The notes beneath the pieces were generated by a model. That model did not search any database. It saw only the letters and a program-made list of their open reading frames with translations, and was not told the origin of the DNA. From an uncultured Nitrososphaerota archaeon (GTDB taxonomy: Archaea > Korarchaeota > Korarchaeia > Korarchaeales > Korarchaeaceae), in NCBI GenBank assembly GCA_964480775.1, contig CAYZRF010000012.1:1-32000 (forward strand): a stretch of 32,000 nucleotides of DNA, given 5' to 3'. This document shows, piece after piece, positions 16,511 through 22,905 of this stretch. Numbering within the stretch: the stretch's first letter is position 1; each line of letters opens with the position of its first letter. A program made the position numbers and the translations under genes.

Positions 16511-17713
16511 TCACCTAACTAAACTATTTTGATTTGACAAACGTAGTGCGTCAAACGGACACACAGATATGCAAAGACCACAATTATCGCACAATTCTCG
16601 ATCTACCTCTACTTTTCCTTTTAGACTTGTACTCATACTTATTGCCATATAAGGACACACTCTAACGCAAACCCCACAACCAGTACATTTCTCTAAGTCT
16701 ACGACGACTTTATACATTTTTTCTCTTGATAGCTTATCTAATGGTATTATTCTTTCTAAACTAATGCCAACAAACTCTCTTATGCTAGTAAATTCGTTTT
16801 TTTCCATCCATTCTCTTATTTCCGCAATCATCTTAGGAATAACCTCATATCCTTTCATCATTATGGCTGTACACATTTGAACGGCTGTAGCTCCTACAAG
16901 CATAAACTTTATTGCGTCTTTTCCGTTGGAAATTCCTCCAGATCCAATTATGGGAATTCCTAACTTTTCCATAGCGATGTGAGCAGTCCAACCGACACTA
17001 ATAGGCACCTGCCAGGGGCCCCCGTATCCTCCAAAACCACCCCATAGAATTGGTCTTTTTTCATTAACATCTATTACAAGTCCTTGAAACCTAGCAGTGG
17101 ACACAAGCACATCTATCCCAGAGGAAGCCATTACCTTAGCTAGGTTAACTGGATTAGCCCCTTGAAGTGTAAGCTTGCCAATGACAGGAATACTTGATTC
17201 TTCTTTTACTGTCTTAATTATCCTCTCAACTATTCTAGGATCTGATGTTGCGGCCCTTCCCATAAGTTCACCTTCTTCTATGTGAGGGCACGATAAATTC
17301 AGCTCTATCATATCTGCTCCCGCATTATTGACCAATTTAGTCAATTTTCCCCACTCATCAAATGTTCTTCCAGCGATACTAGCTATAATCACGCCTTTAT
17401 TTTTAGTTCCTTCTTTTGCCCTTCTAATTTCTTCGACCCAAGCCTCTGGTTTTAATTCTGACATTAAATCTATCGAATAGAACGAATAAAACTTACCTTT
17501 CAGCATGTCCTTAGAGTTAATAACGTACATCCTCGGTTTCGGCTGGATCTGTTGCATAACGTCATAGGTTATGGTTTTTGTTACTGCGCCTGCTGCCCCA
17601 GCGTCTATTGCTTTTATTATGTGTTTTGAAGAGAGTGTAGGAGGGCCGGAAGCGACAATAACTGGATTTCTGAATGTTACGCCAGCAATGTCCACAGATA
17701 GATCCTGTTCCAT
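16511..17713 (-). CDS. Dihydropyrimidine/dihydroorotate dehydrogenase-family FMN enzyme with a C-terminal 2x[4Fe-4S] ferredoxin domain (PreA-like), paralog 2
   Basis: 400 aa. Barrel motifs: GVTFRNPVIVASGP, ADMIELNLSCPH and GSGGISNGKDAIKFMLVGATAVQMCT. Cluster motifs: CTGCGVCVRVCP and CDNCGLCISVCP. It is collinear with the 9856-11031 product, at roughly one third identity by eye. Confidence 0.8.
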   Translation of the reverse strand: MEQDLSVDIAGVTFRNPVIVASGPPTLSSKHIIKAIDAGAAGAVTKTITYDVMQQIQPKPRMYVINSKDMLKGKFYSFYSIDLMSELKPEAWVEEIRRAKEGTKNKGVIIASIAGRTFDEWGKLTKLVNNAGADMIELNLSCPHIEEGELMGRAATSDPRIVERIIKTVKEESSIPVIGKLTLQGANPVNLAKVMASSGIDVLVSTARFQGLVIDVNEKRPILWGGFGGYGGPWQVPISVGWTAHIAMEKLGIPIIGSGGISNGKDAIKFMLVGATAVQMCTAIMMKGYEVIPKMIAEIREWMEKNEFTSIREFVGISLERIIPLDKLSREKMYKVVVDLEKCTGCGVCVRVCPYMAISMSTSLKGKVEVDRELCDNCGLCISVCPFDALRLSNQNSLVR

Positions 17714-17727
17714 TTTTCATCCTCTTA

Positions 17728-18657
17728 TTACAACATTTTGAGATCCTTCAGAACTTTTCTTAGCTTCTCCTTCTCATTTTCAGGTATCTGTTTTAGAGGA
17801 GGCCTTACATAGCTTGTTTTCAAAACTCCCATCATTACAAGTGCTTCTTTGAGTCGAGCTCTGTAATTCCTGACTGGAGGAGCAAAAATTGCCTCTTCTA
17901 GAGGCAAAATATTCTGCCATATTTCTTCAGCTTCTTCAAACTTCTTCTTAGCCACCAAATCAAACATTTCCACTTGTTGACCTGTTGCTATAGTTCCAAA
18001 ACCCAATAATCCTCCTTCCGCACCTAAAACTAGAGACTCATAGATGAAGTTATCGTTTCCAGTCAATATTGTTATCTTTTTAGGAGCCCTCTTTAGTAAA
18101 CGAACAAGATCAACGAACTTCTTAGCATTAAATGAAGCCTCTTTTATAGCCACTACATTCTTTATGTTAACCAACCTGACCAAGGTTTCTGGCTTAAACT
18201 CTACTCCTCCCAAGGCTGGTTGTAATTGAAAGAGCACCATTGGCATGTCAGCTTTCTCAGAAACCTCGTTATGATAAGCATATATCACCTCTCCCGCTGG
18301 CTCTCCAATAAAAGCTGGGTGAGGAAACACCAAAAGACCATCCGCACCTGCTTCTTTGGCCTCTATTGCCAATTTAACAGCTTCTTCTGTGTTCCTTGCA
18401 TGCAGACCAGCTACAATCGGAACTCTCTTTTTAACGACCTCAGAAGCAACCTGTAAAATCTTAACGCGTTCTTCGGGATATAGGTGAGGTCCTTCTCCCG
18501 TATCGACGTTTATTGCTAGACCGCCTATGTTAAACCCCATTATCCATTTTAGATAATCCTCTAACTGCTCATAATCTACTCTAAACTTACTATCCATGGG
18601 AGTTAAGGTGGCTGGTATAAGCCCGTACTCCCTTGATGGAATCTGAACAGAACCCAT
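17728..18657 (-). CDS. DapA/N-acetylneuraminate-lyase (class I aldolase) family protein, atypical active-site pattern
   Basis: The family pattern is ATLTPMD ... DTGEG ... PIVAG ... VVAIKEAS, which retains the Schiff-base Lys. The ORF-track start at 18663 is TTG. ATG 18657, with GAGGGGG 6 nt upstream, is preferred. Confidence 0.7.
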   Translation of the reverse strand: MGSVQIPSREYGLIPATLTPMDSKFRVDYEQLEDYLKWIMGFNIGGLAINVDTGEGPHLYPEERVKILQVASEVVKKRVPIVAGLHARNTEEAVKLAIEAKEAGADGLLVFPHPAFIGEPAGEVIYAYHNEVSEKADMPMVLFQLQPALGGVEFKPETLVRLVNIKNVVAIKEASFNAKKFVDLVRLLKRAPKKITILTGNDNFIYESLVLGAEGGLLGFGTIATGQQVEMFDLVAKKKFEEAEEIWQNILPLEEAIFAPPVRNYRARLKEALVMMGVLKTSYVRPPLKQIPENEKEKLRKVLKDLKML

Positions 18658-18873
18658 ATTCAACCCCCTCTATCCTCTTACTGATTTAGAAGGTAAAAAG
18701 CTGAAGAGAAAATAAAATAAAATGTTATCTAAAGAGCCTGTGGCATTATAAAATCAAAATTTAATTCCTTTCCTGGGCTATTGCATTCCAAAATGCTGCT
18801 CTTACAAGTCAATTGATAAGAACCTTCTCCGAGCACACTTTGTACAAGAATAAGCAAGTCAAAAAAGTTCAGC

Positions 18874-18880
18874 TTTAAAA
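18874..18880 (+). promoter_or_regulatory. TATA-like box (TTTAAAA) upstream of the small orphan ORF
   Basis: CTTTAAAAG lies 14-20 nt upstream of ATG 18894 and 20-26 nt upstream of ATG 18900. This suggests a leaderless transcript that may start at the second ATG. Confidence 0.35.
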
Positions 18881-18893
18881 GCCACGTCATGAT

Positions 18894-19199
18894 ATGTCAA
18901 TGGTGACAAAGAAATTGTCAAAAATCGTCAAGGACGGACCATTTCCCGCCAATAAAATAGACAACATAGTAAAGACTTCTTCTCCAATTAGAGAAGAAGT
19001 AAAGAAAATCTGCCTGGATTTGAAGCCTGGAGAGGCAGTAGAGATAGATACCACAAAAGTTACCCACGAAGCAATTAGAACGAACGTTAAAAGGCTCATG
19101 AAGTCGGGAGAAATACCTCAAGAATTTAGAGTTAGAAGCTTCGTTAAAAAGACAGGCAATTCTAAACGTAGGCGATGTTTTATCATTAGAGAGGCCTAA
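18894..19199 (+). CDS. Hypothetical small basic protein (101 aa), no family recognised
   Basis: It is the only long ORF in the 790-bp gap between the dapA-like and EamA-like genes. It has its own TATA-like box and a hairpin plus T-tract terminator 45 nt after the stop. The composition is Lys/Arg-rich, ending KKTGNSKRRRCFIIREA. The antisense ORFs 18887-19099 and 18918-19121 look like shadows. Confidence 0.45.
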   Translation: MSMVTKKLSKIVKDGPFPANKIDNIVKTSSPIREEVKKICLDLKPGEAVEIDTTKVTHEAIRTNVKRLMKSGEIPQEFRVRSFVKKTGNSKRRRCFIIREA

Positions 19200-19245
19200 C
19201 TAGGTGTTTTAAAGAAAATATTCTATCTCGGTAGTTGTCTAATAG

Positions 19246-19282
19246 CCTCGCTTTTATGGCGAGGTTTCCCTTTTTTGTTTTT
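19246..19282 (+). terminator. Hairpin + T-tract terminator downstream of the small orphan ORF
   Basis: A 6-bp stem, CCTCGC (19246-19251) paired with GCGAGG (19259-19264), has a 7-nt loop. It is followed by TTTCCCTTTTTTGTTTTT. Confidence 0.5.
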
Positions 19283-19454
19283 AAAATGTAAAGTTTTCCA
19301 ATGTCTTTGAAAGACATTTTCTTTAATCTAACAAACCGTGATGTTACAAGAGGTATCGAATGTAGAAATTTAAGGGATTCTTGGACCTCAACAACAGTTT
19401 TTTATGAGGACATAATGGTTAAAACATTGTTTTATTCTGCACTGTTGAGAGAGA

Positions 19455-19871
19455 ATGCAAACATGGTTAGTATATGCAATTCTGTCCGCACTGTTTGCTG
19501 CCTTGGTCGGAATTGTTGGGAAGATGGGAGTGCAAGAAATTGACTCAATAACTGCCACGGCCATTAGAGCAGTGATAATGGCCATTCTTTCCGTTCTATT
19601 CGCACTAGGGTTGAAAAGAACAGATTTAAGCGGAATAAATACGAAATCTTTGGGCTTTATAGCCTTAGCTGGACTTTTTGGTGCTATGTCATGGATGGCT
19701 TACTTCAAGGCGTTAAGCATAGGTGAAGCGTCCCGCGTCATCCCCATAGATAGATCAAGCGTTTTATTTGCAGTAATCTTAGCTTGGCTTGTGCTAGGAG
19801 AGAAAATTACTCTAAGAACAGGCATAGGAGTACTCCTCATTGTGGTGGGAACTATTTTAGTGTCCTTGTAA
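19455..19871 (+). CDS. EamA-like (DMT superfamily) half-size transporter
   Basis: 138 aa with about 4-5 TM helices. The pattern WLVYAILSALFAALVGIVGK ... AYFKALSIGEASRVIPIDRSSVLFAVILAWLVLGEKIT matches the single-EamA-domain small membrane proteins. Confidence 0.7.
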   Translation: MQTWLVYAILSALFAALVGIVGKMGVQEIDSITATAIRAVIMAILSVLFALGLKRTDLSGINTKSLGFIALAGLFGAMSWMAYFKALSIGEASRVIPIDRSSVLFAVILAWLVLGEKITLRTGIGVLLIVVGTILVSL

Positions 19872-19896
19872 GATAACTGATCCTGTGCTTGCTAAG

Positions 19897-19906
19897 TTTT
19901 TTAAAC
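19897..19906 (+). promoter_or_regulatory. TATA-like box (TTTTTTAAAC) upstream of metG
   Basis: It lies 15-24 nt upstream of ATG 19921 and about 30 nt upstream of the GGAGGTGG tract at 19931-19938. It also doubles as a T-run after the EamA-like gene. Confidence 0.4.
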
Positions 19907-19943
19907 AAACTTCGCTCCTCATGAAGCCAAGGAGGTGGCCTAA

Positions 19944-21593
19944 CTCAAGTCAAAGAAAGTTATTGTTACAGCCGCGCTTCCCTATGCAAATGGTGAGATA
20001 CACTTAGGCCACGTAGCATCTACCTATCTTCCTGCAGACATCTTTGCCAGATATTGCAGATTAAAGGGGCGAGAAGTTGTTTTCGTTTCAGGAACAGACG
20101 ATTATGGAACCCCAATTCTAATTGCTGCGGAGGAAAAAGGCATCACCCCAGAGGAATTTGTAAAGTATTGGCATGACAGAGATGAGCAGGACTTTAGAAG
20201 CTTGGACATCTCTTTCGATCTTTTTTACAAAACTCATTCTCCTGAAAACATAAAACTTGCTCAACATTTCTTCTTAGATCTTCTTAAGAAGGGGTATATC
20301 TTTGATCAAGAAACTGAACAATGGTACTGCCCTAATTGCGATCGTTTCCTACCAGATAGATACGTAAAAGGGACATGCCCATATTGTGGAGCTACTGACC
20401 AGTATTCGGATGCCTGCGAGGTCTGCGGGCGAGCAATAGAGCCTGGAAAGATAATAGAGCCAAAATGTGCTCTTTGCGGGAATCCTCCAACGAGAAAAAG
20501 AAGTAGACACTATTTCTTCAAGCTATCCGCTTTCTCGTCTAGATTAAAGGAGTGGCTTAAGTCAAACAAATTCCTTCAAAAAGACGTAAAGAACTATGTG
20601 TTGGAATGGATAAAGGAGGGATTGAAGGATTGGGACATAACTAGGGACATATCTTGGGGCGTACCAATACCACTTGAGGAAGCAAAAGGAAAAGTACTTT
20701 ATGGATGGTTTGACAACCACCTTGGATACATTTCCTTTGCTCTAAAGGTTCTTGAAGAAAAGGGCATAGATGGAAGGAAGTTCTGGAATTCAGCGAAGAT
20801 ATATCATTTCATAGGGAAGGACATAGTGTATCATCATTATCTTTTCTTACCAGCTATGCGGATGGCAGAAGGCAATTACAAACTTCCAGAGTTTATTCCA
20901 ACAAGAGGGCATCTTCTCCTTCAGGGTAAGAAGTTCTCAAAGAGCAGAAGGTGGTACATAAGCTTAAGAGATCTACTGAAAAGATTTCCATCTGACTACT
21001 TAAGATACTACTTGACAACAATAACCCCATATTCGCAAAGGGATGCTAATTTTGATCTAGATGAGTTCCAGGCTATGATAAATAATGAATTAGTGGCAAA
21101 CATCGGTAACATGGTTCATAGAGTTCTCACATTTATTCACAAAAGGTTTGACGGAGTCATACCCGAACCAAACCCACTCGACGAAGAGGACAAAGAGTTC
21201 TTAAACCATTTGCAAGCCTTACCAAACGAAGTAGGAAATCTAATGGAAGCAATAGCTTTTGATAAAGCCCTAAAGAAAATAAGAGACTTTTGTGCAGAGT
21301 GTAACAGGTATTTTCAGGCAAAACGTCCGTGGGAAAAAGATGGAGAAACGTGTTTATACCTAACCTCAAATGCTGTAAAGGCTTTTGCTATTTTACTTGA
21401 ACCATTCATTCCGAAATCTATGGAAGAACTGTGGTTTTTACTTGGGTTTGATGACACTGTGCACTCCCAAAGATGGGACAGGGCATCGGAATTGGATCTT
21501 AAACCAGGTCATAAAATCAGAAAACCCAAAGTTCTTTTCAAAAAGATAAGTGATGAGGAGCTGGAACCTCTAAGGAGGAACTTAGAGGTATAA
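19944..21593 (+). CDS. metG: Methionyl-tRNA synthetase (core enzyme without a C-terminal tRNA-binding appendage); 5' end anomalous
   Basis: The ORF-track entry 20202-21593 starts at an internal TTG. The same frame is open back to the TAA at 19941-19943. That upstream part encodes KKVIVTAALPYANGEIHLGHVASTYLPADIFARYCRLKGREVVFVSGTDDYGTPI, which carries the HIGH motif (HLGH). Downstream are the Zn knuckles CPNC...CPYCG...CEVCG...CALCG and KFSKS (the KMSKS equivalent). No ATG, GTG or TTG occurs in frame between 19944 and 20201. Confidence 0.85.
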   Translation, partial: LKSKKVIVTAALPYANGEIHLGHVASTYLPADIFARYCRLKGREVVFVSGTDDYGTPILIAAEEKGITPEEFVKYWHDRDEQDFRSLDISFDLFYKTHSPENIKLAQHFFLDLLKKGYIFDQETEQWYCPNCDRFLPDRYVKGTCPYCGATDQYSDACEVCGRAIEPGKIIEPKCALCGNPPTRKRSRHYFFKLSAFSSRLKEWLKSNKFLQKDVKNYVLEWIKEGLKDWDITRDISWGVPIPLEEAKGKVLYGWFDNHLGYISFALKVLEEKGIDGRKFWNSAKIYHFIGKDIVYHHYLFLPAMRMAEGNYKLPEFIPTRGHLLLQGKKFSKSRRWYISLRDLLKRFPSDYLRYYLTTITPYSQRDANFDLDEFQAMINNELVANIGNMVHRVLTFIHKRFDGVIPEPNPLDEEDKEFLNHLQALPNEVGNLMEAIAFDKALKKIRDFCAECNRYFQAKRPWEKDGETCLYLTSNAVKAFAILLEPFIPKSMEELWFLLGFDDTVHSQRWDRASELDLKPGHKIRKPKVLFKKISDEELEPLRRNLEV

Positions 21594-21668
21594 AATTATT
21601 GAAAAATAAAAAAAGAACTATTTGCTGTGATTTTTGACTGGAAATAATAGAGGAGTCAGACTCCTAAA

Positions 21669-21675
21669 TTTAAAA
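21669..21675 (+). promoter_or_regulatory. TATA-like box (TTTAAAA) about 29 nt upstream of ATG 21701
   Basis: AAATTTAAAAG is preceded by a 6-bp stem hairpin (AGGAGT CAG ACTCCT, 21652-21666). The spacing fits a leaderless transcript. Confidence 0.35.
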
Positions 21676-21700
21676 GCTACAATCAAGTGAACATTATAGA

Positions 21701-22561
21701 ATGTCACGTGAAGAAATTCGTGAGAAACTAAGAAAGTTAGAAGAGTCCTTTATAGAAGGGAGGATATCTGAAGAAACTTACAAGGAGTTAAAGGCTAAAT
21801 ATGAGGCAGAACTAGCCTCAGCCGGCATAGAACCAACAAAACCATCTATATCCGCAGAAGGTCTAGGAGATTTATTCAGTAAAGCTGCAGACTTCTGTTC
21901 CAACAATCCTGTGGTTTTTGTTCCACCGGTCCTTTCAGGGATAATCTCAGCCATTATCTACGTAATACTTGGTGTTTCAGCCTTTGGCATGTTTAGGGGT
22001 TTCAAACCAGCACAAGTTGGCCCTATTGGTCCAGGAGTTCCCACACCAAGTCTTTACGGTTTCTTAGCCATAACAGCTTTAGCCTCGATTATTGTGATGG
22101 TTATCTCTTTGGTTTTTAATGGCTGGACCATCGCCATGGTTAAGCACGGAGTTGAAGAAAATTTCATAGACCTTAATTCTAGTTTCTCTTACACTCTCTC
22201 AAAACTTGCACCATTGCTGGTAGCGTCAATCCTAGTCGGACTTATAATAGGTATAGGTCTAGTTCTGTGCGTAATACCTGGCATAATAGCGGCTATTCTA
22301 CTCGCTTTAACATTGCAAGCGGTGGTAGTAGACGATTATGGAGCAGTCGAAGCTCTATCGATAAGCTACAACGTGGTCAAAAAGAACTTCTTTGAGGTAC
22401 TCATTGTGATAATCGTCCAATTCGTGGTTGCAGCAATTCTCGGAATGATCCCGTACGTGGGTGCCATCTTAGCTGGACTGTCTGGGGCTTACTTCACAGT
22501 TTTACTCACCCTGCTGTACTACAGCAGGAGAGCACCGAAAACCCCAGCTTTCACGGTGTGA
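21701..22561 (+). CDS. Uncharacterised polytopic membrane protein with an N-terminal SHOCT-like helical segment
   Basis: 286 aa. The N-terminal 45 aa are charged and helical (EESFIEGRISEETYKELKAKYEAEL, reminiscent of the SHOCT motif). At least five hydrophobic helices follow. Confidence 0.55.
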   Translation: MSREEIREKLRKLEESFIEGRISEETYKELKAKYEAELASAGIEPTKPSISAEGLGDLFSKAADFCSNNPVVFVPPVLSGIISAIIYVILGVSAFGMFRGFKPAQVGPIGPGVPTPSLYGFLAITALASIIVMVISLVFNGWTIAMVKHGVEENFIDLNSSFSYTLSKLAPLLVASILVGLIIGIGLVLCVIPGIIAAILLALTLQAVVVDDYGAVEALSISYNVVKKNFFEVLIVIIVQFVVAAILGMIPYVGAILAGLSGAYFTVLLTLLYYSRRAPKTPAFTV

Positions 22562-22563
22562 TA

Positions 22564-22905
22564 ATGGACATAGAAACAGAACAGAGATTTATTGCTATTT
22601 TCCTCTCTCTTTTTCTTTTAATATTCGCGACTGCTGTTCCAATGGAGCCTGGTAGGGAGGACCTTCCTTTTCCTTGGATAAGTTGTCCGTATAAATCAAT
22701 AACAGGCAGGCCATGTCCTCTCTGTGGCTCAACCAGAGCCTTTGTCCACACAGCACATGGACATTTTTCAGATGCATGGAGGCTAAATCCCATTGGAATG
22801 TTCGCCTATTTCGGAGTCTGGATCCTTCTGATCTATGAAGTATACAAGCTTTTGAGGAAAAAATCTCTTGAGAATCAAAGACCTGATAACCACGTCCTGT
22901 ACTGA
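22564..22905 (+). CDS. DUF2752-family small membrane protein
   Basis: The motif CPYKSITGRPCPLCGSTRAF matches the DUF2752 signature CP.....TG.PCP.CG.TRA and is flanked by TM helices. ATG 22564 lies 3 nt after the upstream TGA. The ORF-track GTG at 22558 overlaps that stop. Confidence 0.7.
   Translation: MDIETEQRFIAIFLSLFLLIFATAVPMEPGREDLPFPWISCPYKSITGRPCPLCGSTRAFVHTAHGHFSDAWRLNPIGMFAYFGVWILLIYEVYKLLRKKSLENQRPDNHVLY

Noticed and set aside
19320-19400. A possible C/D-box sRNA, based on the GTGATGT box-C-like element at about 19339.
   Set aside because: No matching D box (CUGA), no C'/D' pair and no terminal stem lie within 50-70 nt.
19301-19543. An 80-aa plus-strand ORF, and the antisense ORF 19388-19585, upstream of and overlapping the EamA-like gene.
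   Set aside because: The ORF starts inside the 19-nt palindrome, runs into the transporter gene in another frame, has no SD and has an odd composition. The region is better explained as terminator and promoter DNA.
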